Shown piece after piece: positions 35,387-48,300 of a stretch of 64,000 nt of DNA. The translations under genes were made by a program, and so were the position numbers. The notes beneath the pieces were generated by a model. The model was not told the origin of the DNA. It worked only from the letters and a program-made list of their open reading frames with translations, and did not search any database. Origin of the DNA: Fistulifera solaris. Lineage: Eukaryota. Each line of letters opens with the position of its first letter. The first letter of the stretch is position 1. The stretch spans positions 558,001-622,000 of the forward strand of contig AP026151.1 of assembly GCA_030295235.1 (NCBI GenBank), read 5' to 3'.

Positions 35387-36190
35387 CTAGTTCGCTCCAT
35401 CCATACTTTGTGCCAGCCCGGCCTCGGGTTTGAACGATCGAAAGTGTACCACTTGTGTCGCCATCCCATCCTCATTGTACAAATAATCAATACAAGTAAT
35501 ACTTGCCGTAGCGACTTTGATTTGTGTCATTTCGTGGGTGGGGATTCCCAATGCATCCGACAAGACACACCGCGTCACTTGCAAATGCGACACCACGCAG
35601 GCGGTGTCTCCCATTTCCAGGAATGACAGGGCGGTATCCCGCGCTGCCAAGACGCGCTGTTTCAATGCGGCATACGATTCACCACCGTCCGGTGTCACAC
35701 TTTCGTCACACGCATCGAACCGCGCCAGGTTCTCGGGTCCAATTTCTTCCTTCGTCAAGCCACACCAAGCGCCACGATCGAGTTCTTTGAATCCTTCGAG
35801 CTGTATGACACCCGAATCCTGTATTGATTGTCGTTTCCACACTTGTTCTCCTCCATAGATGGCCCGTTGCAAAGGACTGCAAAACACCTTTCGCAGGGCA
35901 AATTGTTGTAAATAGTCTCCGGCCGCTTGAGCTTCCAGTTCCCCCAATGGAGACAGAGGCACATCGAGTGCACCATAATATACCGATCGATCCGGACCGC
36001 CCGGGTTGATGACTTCGCCGTGTCGGACCCAAAAGATGCGTTTGGCGTTGCTGGTTATCGGAGGTACCATTGGGAGTGCGGAGAAGGAGAATCGGCGTCG
36101 TATCGAAGCAATAAATCCAAAAGTCGTTGTTGTGCGGGTCAGAAACATGAAGAATAGAGCAATCAAACTATTGATTTTTCGGGTAATCAT
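35387..36190 (-). CDS. Phosphoglycerate mutase-family histidine phosphatase with an N-terminal targeting peptide
   Basis: WVRHGE, DVPLSPLG, SPLQRA, ELDRGAWCG, PDGGES and VVSH. Confidence 0.9.
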   Translation of the reverse strand: MITRKINSLIALFFMFLTRTTTTFGFIASIRRRFSFSALPMVPPITSNAKRIFWVRHGEVINPGGPDRSVYYGALDVPLSPLGELEAQAAGDYLQQFALRKVFCSPLQRAIYGGEQVWKRQSIQDSGVIQLEGFKELDRGAWCGLTKEEIGPENLARFDACDESVTPDGGESYAALKQRVLAARDTALSFLEMGDTACVVSHLQVTRCVLSDALGIPTHEMTQIKVATASITCIDYLYNEDGMATQVVHFRSFKPEAGLAQSMDGAN

Positions 36191-36603
36191 AGTATTATGC
36201 GCTCGACTTCTTATAGAAAGGATGGATAAAAGGAATGAATGAGATCGAAAAACAAAAATGACGCGATGCACGCAGCAGAAATTCGGTAAGTTGCAGGAGA
36301 AGTAGACGTTCTTTTTATCACATGCAGTACCGTAGTGACGCGATGTTGGAACACTGCACAGCGGTGCGCTTTTCTGCGAGGCTCGTTTTCCGTGTGAATG
36401 ATGTTGTCGTGAATGTTGGCGATGATGATTCATTTTATTCATTACGTAGTATTTTCTATTTGAACTTCATACAGGACCAGTAAATAGTTGAAGATGAGAA
36501 GGAAACAGAAGTGAGGCAAACAATTACAGAGCTTTGTATCTCAGTAGATTCAAGAACGACTATTGCAGGACGGGTCCCTTGACGAGAACATTTCGCGTCG
36601 AAA

Positions 36604-38243
36604 ATGACGAATCTTTCCGACAGCGTGGTCCAAGAGCACAGTTCTTCTTCTACTGGAGATGATGAGACCGCAGCCTTCCACTTGAATCATTCTTCGGATC
36701 CTCCCCGCTCAATCGATCAAATACTCGAGCAAGCCCTACCCGACAAACCGTTATTACAGCAATGGAGATATTGGGTCATATTCCTCAGTCTCGGTGTCGC
36801 GAATTCGTCGGATGCAGCCGAAATATTAGGGATCTCGTACATATTATCCGACGAAACCTTTGACGAACACATATTGGGAGGCAGTGCGTGGAAGGCCTCG
36901 TTGTTGGCGGCTACCGTCTTTGCCGGTATGTTGTTCGGTGGATTGATTGTCGGTGGAGGCATCAGTGATGTCGTAGGTCGTCGCCCGGTGCTGCTTTTTG
37001 GATTGGCGCTCAACAGTATCGCGGGACTGCTGTCCGCAACAGCTTGGGATGTGTTTTCACTGAGTTTTTTCCGCTTCGTCGCCGGCATCGGGATTGGGAC
37101 CACCATACCGCCCCTCTTTACATTGTGCAGTGAATTGGCGCCACCGCACCATCGGGGATTGTGTGTGACGCTCGCGGCGAGTTTTTGGATGGTAGGCAGT
37201 ATGTATGTGGCGATGGTGGCGTGGTGGGGTCAACATGCGTGGCGGGTCTTTGCCATGATGTGTGCGATTCCGAGTGCTTTGGGATGGTGGCTCATCCAAC
37301 GAACTGTACCCGAAAGTCCCCGCTTTCTCTTGCTGCAAGGACGGTACGAAGAAGCGGTCTTGGTGGTACGGGATTTGACCGGGCGTGCTCAATTTCGGGG
37401 TCTTGCTTGGACGTTGGAAGAAGCACAGGCTCACGGTGCTCCCATCTTGACGCAACGAGCACTGACTTGGAACTTACTGAGGACCTCGTTAACAGATTTT
37501 GGTTCTAGTGCGCAGCAACTGTATTTGCCGGAAACACGACAAGTGACTCTCGCCTTGCAATTGGTTTGGTTCGGGATTTCGTTCGGAACCTATGGACTGT
37601 ATACGTGGATCAACAAATTGTTTTTTGAAGTACATTTGCAAAACGTGTATTTCAATGCTCTATTGTTTTCCGCCAGCAATCTACCAGGAAATCTGCTATC
37701 CGCATTTCTCATGGATCGAATAGGACGATCGAAAATGTTGGTGGGGAGTACCTTGGCATCGGTCCTGTCGTTGATGCTATTTGCCTACGTCGTGTTTCGT
37801 GACGAGTCAGCCGTTGGGTTAAGTGATTCTCCCCATTGCCCGTAGAGTGGATTGTCTTGGCCTCGTGCGCCTTTCAGATGTGCACCATCGTGTCTTGGAA
37901 CACGATTGACGTTCTCACGTCGGAGCTCTTTCCAACATCCGTCAGAGCTACCGGAATGGGAGTTTGTGCCGCCAGTGGAAGGATAGGTGCCATGTTAGCG
38001 CAATTTATCAACGGAGCGCTCGTTTCGCGCCCTGTGTCTTTGTTGTTAGTGGCCGCTTTCACTTTACTTCTCGCGGCGATCATGCCAGTTTTTCTCCCGG
38101 CAGATCAAACGGGCCACCCTGTACGTGATACTGTGTCCGAGAAAAGGCATAGAAACGAAGACCGCTCGTCGGAGCTAATTGTTCGGGTTCCGCAGCGAAG
38201 CTACTCATACCAACACCTGGATGTGAACGGCCGGCTAGATTAG
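36604..38243 (+). CDS. MFS transporter, SV2/SVOP-like; frameshift near 37835
   Basis: SDVVGRRP, RFVAGIGIG, ELAPPHHRG, PESPRFL, MDRIGR and ELFPTSVRATGMG. Confidence 0.9.
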
Positions 38244-38394
38244 AAATAATAGAGGAACGTTTGAAGGCAAACGACTTTTCCCCACGTTAAAACTCCGTAA
38301 CTCATGTTTCATATCTCATTGCTTAAATGTAAACGATATTATATGATCGCTAAGAAACGAACTTGATTGAGACTAGAAATGTGGGGGCGGTAGC

Positions 38395-38448
38395 AATCAA
38401 TGGCTACAGAAGTAACGACTAATCAATGGCTACAGAAGTAACGACTAA
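38395..38448. repeat. Perfect 26-bp tandem duplication between the convergent MFS and cyclin genes
   Basis: AATCAATGGCTACAGAAGTAACGACT x2. Confidence 0.9.
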
Positions 38449-38661
38449 GCATTCAAGCGATAATTCTTAACTCATGTTAAAATAACATTGTGTTCGCTTA
38501 GAAGACGAACATTTTCGTTAGCAAACTGCGATGCGTAGGTAAGTTGCAATGATGAAGACGAGTAACACGGACAACGGATTACTGGCTTCCAAAATAAACG
38601 ATATCAAATATCGAGTACTGCTCTGAAATTTCGCGGTTCGCTTTCGAAAAGTGCGGGGCGT

Positions 38662-40061
38662 TTAGAAGTCGGCGCTCAACTCGTAGGCAGCAACGCCTCC
38701 ATAGCGGCTGCTGGAGTACTTCTTGTTGACGGCTTTGAGCTCGTCACTGGCGGTACTCTTTTCGCGGAGAATAGCTCGGGCGACAGGGATCACCTCTTCT
38801 TCACAGTAGTTGGCGTATTTTAACAGAGTAGGGCTCCAAGGATTGCGACCAACAACTCGTCGCGCGATGAAAACTGCGGCTGCGGCAAGTTGGCTGGGCA
38901 AATAGTGCAACAAATTGTAAGATTGAAGAGTTCCGTCCAAGATGTAACATGACAGCTGAACAATCTTCTTGTCAGCATGTCCAGCTTTCAAGAAGCGAAC
39001 TAGGAAAGCATGTGCACTCGGAATGGTAACGTTGTACTCCAATGTCTTCAAGATGAGTTCCTCCATTTGAAGAATCTAAAGAAAAGAAGGATGCGTGAGC
39101 AAGACGTATCATCGGGCGGGCACAATTTTCTGTTGAAAGCCGATAACTTACATCTTGCTTCGTGTACGCTTTGTCGCAAATATAGACCAAGTCGCGGAGC
39201 TCAGGAGGAAAAATCTCTTCATACTTTGAAGCGATCAAGAGACTTGTGACTCCGACAAGCTGCAGGCGAGGACGAGAAACGCGCTCCTTTTCAAGAAAGC
39301 GATCAATCATATTGATAGTCAGATACAAAGTCTCCGGCACCAATTTAAACTTCAAGTGGACCTCAACCAACCAGTCAACCAAGATAGATCGCATACGTTC
39401 ATTGATGTGAGTTTGATTTTCCATGTAGATCGGTCGAACTGAAGAGAAAACTTCCTTTTCACGGAAATGAACATACATATCGTTGACGTATGAAGTAGTG
39501 CATAATGGGTCGTCACTATCGCGATCGTCAATGTTGTCGACCGTCCCCGTCATCTGATACGAACTAGGATCTGCTTGCATGGCTGCCCGTAACTGCATCG
39601 CATTATCACGCTCCTCCGCCATCGGATTGCGTTGCTCCATGCGATTGACGAAAGCCCCCGGACGCGCAACAACCACGTCGTTCCCAACAGCTGGTGCATC
39701 AGCCGCCATAGATCGTGTCTTCACGCCATTCATGCGTTTCGCCATCTTTGCTCCCTTACTGCTTCCATTTCGACTGGCATTCGTAACATCCTGTATTTGA
39801 GAAGGAAGAGTATGAGTGAGATGTCAGCGGTGAGAGAGATACAGACGAAGGTCGACGCGAAGTCAAAAAAACGTCAACTGATCGGTGTATAATCCGTTGC
39901 TGTCATTGCTCACGCTCTGCACAATCCTTCAACAATGCAAGGAACTGGCGTGATCATCTTAAGAGACGATAGGAACTTACCCGAAAGGCACGACGCCCGT
40001 TCGTTGGATTCGAAGCTGCGTTCGACGCGTTGGGTTGGTTGACTACGGATCGTGCAAACAT
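38662..40061 (-). CDS. Mitotic A/B-type cyclin (cyclin B-like); exons 40061-39981, 39790-39152 and 39075-38662
   Basis: Cyclin box MRSILVDWLVEVHLKFKLVPETLYLT and LIASKYEEIFPP; GTAAGT...AG introns; spliced D-box-like RRAFRDVTN. Confidence 0.92.
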
Positions 40062-42331
40062 GATTGTATTCCTGACAAATAAGCTGACAGTCCTTTTCTA
40101 TTTGTCTCTCGCTGATAAGATCAATTGAATGAATCTGAAATGCTGAATTCTTTTTCGACAAAAGGAAAAGTGAGCCTCTTCCTTGCCAATACTGTGAGAG
40201 TTCCTCTGCGCTGATCCGAGGTTGGCGATGAGTAGCGATAAAAGTATAGCGATGATTTGTCAATCGCTAATTAACGAATAAAACGTGAACTTTTGAAATT
40301 GCTAAATGAAATCTGATTTCACCTATTTACGATGTCTTAGAAGACATAATTTGGTTTTCATGATAGGCAGTCGCCGGAAACAATAGGGCGCTTTATTATA
40401 TACGTCTGTGTACATGTGAACTCAATTCCGTTCCTAAATGGGAAACGTACGTTGTGGATAGTGAAAAGAGCCGTTTGTCGCACCCTCGATTCAATTCGAT
40501 TTCATTGTACTTTGAACGTGAGTCTAAAAAACACCCTACCTTTTAGGTGACAGTCTACTCATCAGCGGTCATTTCAAACTTCAAACGGAACATAACGGAA
40601 TCGGCTGGCTCTGTCGCAGCAATTTTTCAATTAGGTTTTTAATGCCGGTATGCTACATTACAGCTAACACTGCTTGTAAGCATTTTGGAGGCTCCTTATG
40701 ATTTTTTTTGGTTGTGACAAAAACATTATGACCCACCCTCCATCGTTGTTGCGCCAAACCCAAACGGCGTAAAAAAACGACGAAGTGAAATAATGAATGA
40801 ATGAATAGGCAAACGGCAAACACAATAAAATAAGCGATCATCGAAGGACAAACGGCCATGAACAAATAACAAATAAAATGATGTGTTTCCAAGAGTGAAG
40901 ACAGGAGAACTGACCATTCATGTCACGAATGCTCCGGTCTGGAGAGATCTCATCTCTTTCCTTTCTTTTCTAGGTGAAGGATGGCAGCTTCGATCGAACT
41001 TGCAAGAAATGCCATCTCGCCTTGTGACTCGCGTCGCGCTCTGAACAAGTCAAAGTTGGGAAGAACTAGAATCTTTAGACTTGTTTCCGCATTCCGGTGC
41101 CCACAGGTGACTGATGCTTCGATTTATTCTCGTCGCGGCAGAGTACAAAGCGAAGATACGAACTCAGTGGTTGTCGAGACTTTCACCACGCTTTTGCTCA
41201 AAACTTGAAAACGGTTGTTATCAATGATTCTATGAATGTAGTAAAACCTCTGTTTCAGCAGAGTCCGAGTCGTCAGCTATAATTTCTAGATCAACTGTAT
41301 TTTATCCGTGTAACGCAAATTCGAGGAGGCTTTCTTCAACGAAAGAAACTGAGAAATAGCCTTACGAACACGAGGATGATAATGATTCTTCGACAATGCT
41401 ACATTGTCCGCTTGGTACATGGTGGCTTAATAGAGCATCACATTTTAGCTAAAACGCTTCTCGGCTGAAGGCTTCTGCAGATATAGAACAAGCTACGATT
41501 CTCGACGACGAATGCCTCTTAAACGTATCAAAAGGGTCTATCTTAGGAACAAGTGCTGAACATGAGAAAGAGCAGCACCTCGACAACTGCCCGACCCGAT
41601 ATTGTAACGAATTTTCGTTTCGCATGCAGTTGTCGCCGGCAAATGACGGCATCTTTCACCGACAAAAAAACTTGACTGGTTGTATCAGAAATGGTTGGTG
41701 GTTGGGATCAGCGAGCGCCTTCATAGTTTGAAAGAGGATTGAATGAAGAGTAACATTCTAAAAAGTGATGAAAACATGAACATGAATGATGAAAGATGAG
41801 AGGCAAGCGGCAAGAAGCAAAAAGCACGAAGCACGAAGGGCATAAAAGATTCGTGCATTCCAATTAGTGTAGGCATTGGCATTGGGCTCATTGGGCATAA
41901 GCACAACAGAAACCAAGGAACTCAACCCCGAATGAAATGTACAATATTTTCCGTAGTAAACTGGTCAACGGACATTGGTCATCAATAATGCGTCATGAGT
42001 CAGTCATGATTCATGATAGATCAGTACAAAGTATTAACTCTGCGAATCACGAATTTTTTAAAAAATGATGCTCGAGGGCTTATATGTTGAATGTTTCTAC
42101 TTTCACTCTATAAATAATTGTAGTAAATCTAGCAAGAGAAAAGAAAGGAAAGAAGAACTCAGCGCTACTTGTATACCTGGTAAAGTAGACACAATGCCTC
42201 ATCGCGAGCTCGCTCATGCCTCGTGAAAAATAATCATCACCGACGCGACTGCTCGCTCTCGTCGACCTCTCATACTTCCAACAAGCAGCAAGGAGAGAGA
42301 AGTATCCTTTTACAAACAACAACAAGCAACG

Positions 42332-45300
42332 ATGAAAGTCTATCAAGCAAGCATCAGCATTCTTTTACTTACCTGCATTCGGCTCGGAACGGTGGAGCCG
42401 TCGGACAAGGGCGACGCGAGTCCTTCGACAAATTGGTTTGCGCAGTTCCCGCCGGTTTTCGTCGGCAAGGACATTACGTTCTTTTCGAAGTTTGGTGCTA
42501 CATTGAATCGCAACAAGAAGAAAGGTCGTTTGGATTGCGATTGGGATCATCCCGAAAAGGTCAAGCATTGTCCTCCGGTTGCGGTGTCCCCCTTTGTCGG
42601 CTGCGGTGGACCGCCCGGTAAAAGTGTCGACGATGATGTCAACTGCCTTCGTACTCCGGATCATTCGATTTGTCGTGTATTGCAGTCGGACACGAATATA
42701 GATAATTCAACACAAGTGACGAGCGCTGTGAGCGTCAATGGCAATACAACAGATGGAAACATGGAGACGATCAATAACACTACACAAGAAATCACGAATG
42801 ACGCGGATGACGAAGATACTCCCAATTCCTTTGTTACGGAACTTCCTGTTGCTTTCGTTGCTACGGAGGCTCCGACTCGTGATGATTGTTACGGCAATAT
42901 GTTTGACGGGCGTTTCTGTGCTTCTTCGATGCCTTCCTTAACGGAAGTCCCGACGAAGGAACCCAAGGTAATACCGTCGAGCGGAAAGCTGAACAAACCC
43001 ACGGCCAAGGAAATCAAAACGGACAGTGGTGGAGCGCAAGTTCCATCGAATGATGTGTTGATTACTGACTACGGTAAAACCCAAATTCCGTCGAAAGAAA
43101 TTTTGAGTACTATCGGCGGTGAAGCAAAAGTCCCCTCGAGTCAGCTTCAAAAGGGCGCTACCGAAGTCCCATCGATCACGGCTCGTGAACCCAGCTCTAC
43201 AAATGAGATGCCTGTACCAAGCGCTAGTCCTTCCAGTGCGCTCGCATCTAACAAAGGCGGTGCAAAAGTGCCAACGTTTACGCTTCTCGAACCGAATGAT
43301 GCGGGTGACGCACCTACATGGACTGTACCTCAATCAAGTGCTAATCCTTCCGATGCCCTTGAATCCAGCAAAGGCGGTGCAAAGTTGCCTACGTTTACGG
43401 TCCCTGGACCCAGTGCCGATCCTTCCGGAGACGCGAATGAAGGCGATGCCGGTCCTACTTCGGCCGTACCTCAATCAAGTGCTACTCCTTCCGTTGCACT
43501 CGAATCCAGCAAAGGCGGAGCAAAGTTGCCAACGTTTATGGTCCCTGAACCCAGTGCCCATCCTGCCGAAGACTCGAATGTAGGCGATGCTGGTCCTACT
43601 TCGGCTGTACCTCCACCAAGTGCTACTCCTTCCGATGCACTGGAATCCAGCAAAGGCGGTGCAAAGTTGCCAACGTTCATGGTCCCCGAACCCAGTGCAT
43701 ATCCAAGCGAGGCTCCTTCTGTTGAGAGAAAGAGTGCTGGTAGTGACGAGGAATCCTATCCCAATGAGAGTCCTTCCGAGGAAAGCCAGCCTGACGGCGC
43801 TGTCGAGCTACCGACATTCTGGGAATTTGGACCGAGTGCGAATCCGTCGAAGGATAATGTTTCGAAGTACAGCGGTGCCGAGGTGCCTACGTTTTCGGTA
43901 CCTAAATCCAGTGCAAGTCCGTCTGAAGAAATTTTGTCTCAAGGTGGAGGCGCCAAATTGCCAACGTTTTCGTCTTCTAAACCGAGCTCTACTCCCTCTC
44001 GTGGTAATGCGTCCGAAGGTGGTGGCGCCAAATTGCCAACGCTTTCGTCTTCTAAACCGAGCCCTGCTCCTTTTCGTGGTAATGCGTCCGAGGGTGGTGG
44101 AGCCAAATTACCTACGTTTTCGACTTCAGGACCGAGTGCAAGCCCATCTAAAAACGCTAAATCGAACGATGGCGGTGCAAAACTGCCAACGTTTGCGAAT
44201 CCTGAATCGAGTGCTAGCCCCAGCATCGATCCGAGGAATGATTCACCTCCTTTCCTTAGTCCGGCTCCTACGTTTGCCCCAACCCGCTGTGAAGACCGTG
44301 TTGCAGGAGCCTTGGAACGTCAAACTGGAAGTGAGGTTTGCGCGGAGGCATCGGGAGCAGTGACAGTAGTTTCGCGCACACATAGTTCAGTTTCGTTCTC
44401 TGTCAATCAACTTTTTAGTGAGACGGTGGTGACATGGATCTCAACGCAGTACGTTGGTGTCAGTGGCGTTGCTGTTTGCGACACCCAGCGCAATCTTCCA
44501 GCTGGACAGACGTTGACGTACACAGCCACGTGTGACGAAAACTTGTGGACGTGGATCAACGTTTACGTTCACGAAGAATCCGCTAAGTCATCTGCTTACG
44601 TTCCTGGCATGTGCTCGGTGGAATCGCTGGATGGTGGAACGTGCGCGTACACAATTCAATTACCTTGCGATTGCTCGAGCGTTTCGATGTCGCCGACGTC
44701 ACGGCCTACCTCCATTTTATTGAAAGAGAACACAGAAGAATTCAGTTTTCATCCTACCACGGCACACAGTGACGAGCCGAGTTCACGTCCATCTGCAAGC
44801 CCCGACGCTGCCATTCCAGCTTTTCCAACGGCAAAACCACAATTAGAAGCTTCCGATGGACCCAGTAACCCTTCTTTGACCTCTAAACCGTCTGCGGACC
44901 AAACGATTCCCCCCAATATCCAAGTCAGCTCGGATCCTTCGAGAGAGGCCACTGATATACCGAGTGCTCGCCCAGCCAACCCAACAATTCTTGCTAGTTT
45001 CCCGACACTTGCACCAGCTGAATCTCCATATGGCGATCCGACTATTCCAGGTTCGCGACATACTTCCTTACCGAATAGTCTCGCTTCTCGTGCACCGGCC
45101 AGCTTGCCAACAAGCGGTCCATCTGGTGAACCAACGGAGTGGCTTTCTCGAGAGCCAACGCGCCACCAAGGAACTGCTACATCCGCGGAACCTTCAGTTG
45201 GCATTCATCCGACCTCTACACCATCTGATAGTCCTTCGTCAATTCCGAGCTTCCTCCCCACCGCCGATCCTTCCGCAAAGCCATCCGGTTATGATATTCC

Positions 45301-48300
45301 CGATATCATAACCCTACCGCCGCTGCCTGTACCAACTGGAGCCCCAAGTCACTCGCCCTCGAGTATACCTTCTAACGGCCCGACGACTACTGCCAGCGCC
45401 AGTCCGAGCGGAAGTCCATCCAATGCTATATCCGAGACACCTTCCGTGTCTCCTAGCACAAAGCCAACGGTAATGCCGTCGGTTGAACCGACTAGTGAGC
45501 CGTCGGCTGCATCGAGTTCAAGTCCGTCCGCATATCCGACGATTTATGCCTCTGGAGCACCAACAAGTGAACCAACAACAAATCCTAGCTCTTACATGAG
45601 TGCAATTCCGACAACCACCCATCATCCAAGTGGTGATGCGAATGGTTCACAAAGCGCCGATCCTTTGAGTTTCAGTTCTAGCAGTCCCAATTATGAGCAA
45701 AGCGCGACGCCAACTGGTTCCGAGAATCCATTCAACCAACCGAGCAACCGCCCTAACGAACAGCCATCATTAGTGCCATCAGGCTACCCCAGTAACAGAC
45801 CAACCAGGAGCCCTTCCTTGTTTCTATCGAATACTCCGACCGCAAGCCCATCCAAAAGCCTAGTCCGAATCCGACTAATGCGCCTTCGACTTTGCCTACA
45901 GGTTTGCCTTCTCTTTCACCCAGCGAGGAACCAAGTTTACTTCCAACACCAAGCCCGTCCACACGGCCCAGCGGTTCTCCGAGTAATGCACCGACTTTAC
46001 AGCCGACAGCAACTCCGACCGAGTCTCCACGCGATTCTTTTAGCATGGCCCCTATAATGGTACTATCGGGAGCCCCAACTGCTAGTCCAAGCGAACAGCC
46101 AACCTTGCAGCCGAGTCCATTGCCGACGAGTTTCCTGAGCCGAATGCCTTCCTCTTCACCGGACACATCTTCCAGCGGACAGCCGGCTTCTGCTGCAAGT
46201 GACGAACCTTTGTGGAGATTAGCACAAATCCAAGCGCGATTGTTACGAATTCGCCATCTGTTAGCCCTTCTGCAGTTTCAAAGCGCGATAGTACCACAGC
46301 TCCTAATGAAACCACAACTGAAACACCAACAGGAAATCCAACCTTCTCACATTCGGTAGCCCCTGGCGTGATTTTGACCTTTCCGCCCACTGTCATCCGC
46401 GACAAAGCTTCGGGTGGGCGTCCAAGTGCCTCTCCGACTGATACGTTGGCACCAACAGGAATTCAACTTGCAAGGCCTACCTCTGCACCAACTGATTTAC
46501 CCAGCAGAGCAAGTGAACTGCCACCAGTTTTACCGACTTTTCAACCGTCGAATACGCCTTCCGCATGGCCCACCATCGACCGTGGCAGCATTCCGACTAG
46601 CATTCCGAGCAATGAACCCACTACCGTACCGACGATTGTATTTTCGGCTGAGCCAAGTATATTTCCGAGCAGCATTCCAACGTCAAGTCCTAGCATAGCA
46701 CCTTCGGCGTCTCCTTCGACTGACCCTACGGCATCTCCTACTACCTTACCTAGCGAAGGACCGACAGAAAGGCCAAGTAGCGAGCCAACCGCCGTCCCAA
46801 CCCACAAACCAACGTCGACACCAAGCTACGAACCGACTGCGGATCCCAGCAAAGAACCCTCGTCGATTCCAAGTGCAATTCCAACCAATAAACCGTCTGC
46901 TTTTCCGTCCAGCTTACCAGCGGAGCAACCGAGCTCGATTCCAAGCAGCAAACCGAGTCCATCTCCGAGCCAAACGCCGACGAAAGAACCAACAGGAACA
47001 CCGTCGTCCACGCCTACCTCGATACCCAGTCACGCACCATCGCAGTTGCCGACGCATCTTCCTACCTGGAATCCGAGCTTAGTACCGACAGTGAATCCAT
47101 CTTCTACGAAAAGGTCAGCTTCTCCAAGCACGGCCTCGTCTTTCAAGCCGACTGGTATTTCGAGTTCTTCTCCGTTTACAACGATTGCAGAGCCCACAAC
47201 GCCATCAAGAACACCAGCTACAAGTATGCCGAGCAGCGCTCCGATTGAGTTGCCCTCAAAATCGCCCAGTCTCGTCCCTTCAAAGACACCGTCGGTTACG
47301 CCCACCATCGATCTCAGTACGAAATCGACTGATATCCCGAGCAATGAACCCACTATTGTGCCTACGGTTGTACCTTCGGATAGTCCAACTCTTTCTCCAA
47401 GGAGCGTTCCGACGTCGAGCCCTAGTATAGCGCCTTCGGCTTCTCCTTCTACTGACCCTACTGTGTCTCCCACGACCTTGCCTAGCAAAGGTCCTTCGGA
47501 AAGTCCAAGTGGCAAGCCAACTAGCGTCCCATCCGCGAATCCTACGTCAACACCGAGCTTCCAGCCGACGACGAATCCCAGTAAACAACCATCGTTGACT
47601 CCAAGTGCGTTGCCAACTGAAAAACCGTCTGCTTTCCCTTCCAGTTTACCAACGGAGCAACCTAGCTCAATTCCAAGCTCTTCGCCATCGGAAATTCACA
47701 CTACGCGTCCAAGCAGTAAACCAAGTTTGTCTCCTAGCCAGACGCCGACAATTGTACCAACAGGCACCCCGTCATTCACACCTAATTCGATTTTAACTCG
47801 TGCACCGACGCAATCGCCCACTAGAGTGCCTACTTCGAACCCGACGGTCAATCCTTCAGTAATAATTTCGACATCTCCGAGCAAGATCTCTTCTTCACGG
47901 CCAACCTTTGTAAACGACGAAACGCCGAGCGGAATCTCAAGTTCTTCTTCATTTGCACCTAGTGTAGAACCAACTTCTTCAGATTCCACGCCAACGACAA
48001 CTATGCCTAGCAGCGATGCTAGTGAATTGCCCACGAAAATAATCACTTCCGCGCCGTCCACGATGCCATCGGTAACGCCCACCATCGATCCAAGCACGAT
48101 TCCGACTGAAAATCCGAGCAATAGACCCACTATCGTACCCTTGATTGTGCCGTCAGGTGAGCCGACTCTTTCTCCAAGCAGCACTCCGACATCAAGCCCT
48201 AGCAAAGCGCCGTCGGCGTCTCCTTCGACTGACCCTACGGCATCTCCTACTACTTTGCCTAGCAAAGGTCCTTCGGAAAGTCCAAGTGGCAAACCAACGA

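Noticed and set aside
38395..38448. 26-bp direct repeat as a CRISPR-like element
   Set aside because: Only two adjacent copies, no spacer, no cas genes, eukaryotic context.
40100..42300. Short ORFs and TCATGA/TGAGTCA palindromes in the long intergenic region
   Set aside because: No recognisable coding motifs, terminal repeats or RNA gene; not clearly above background.
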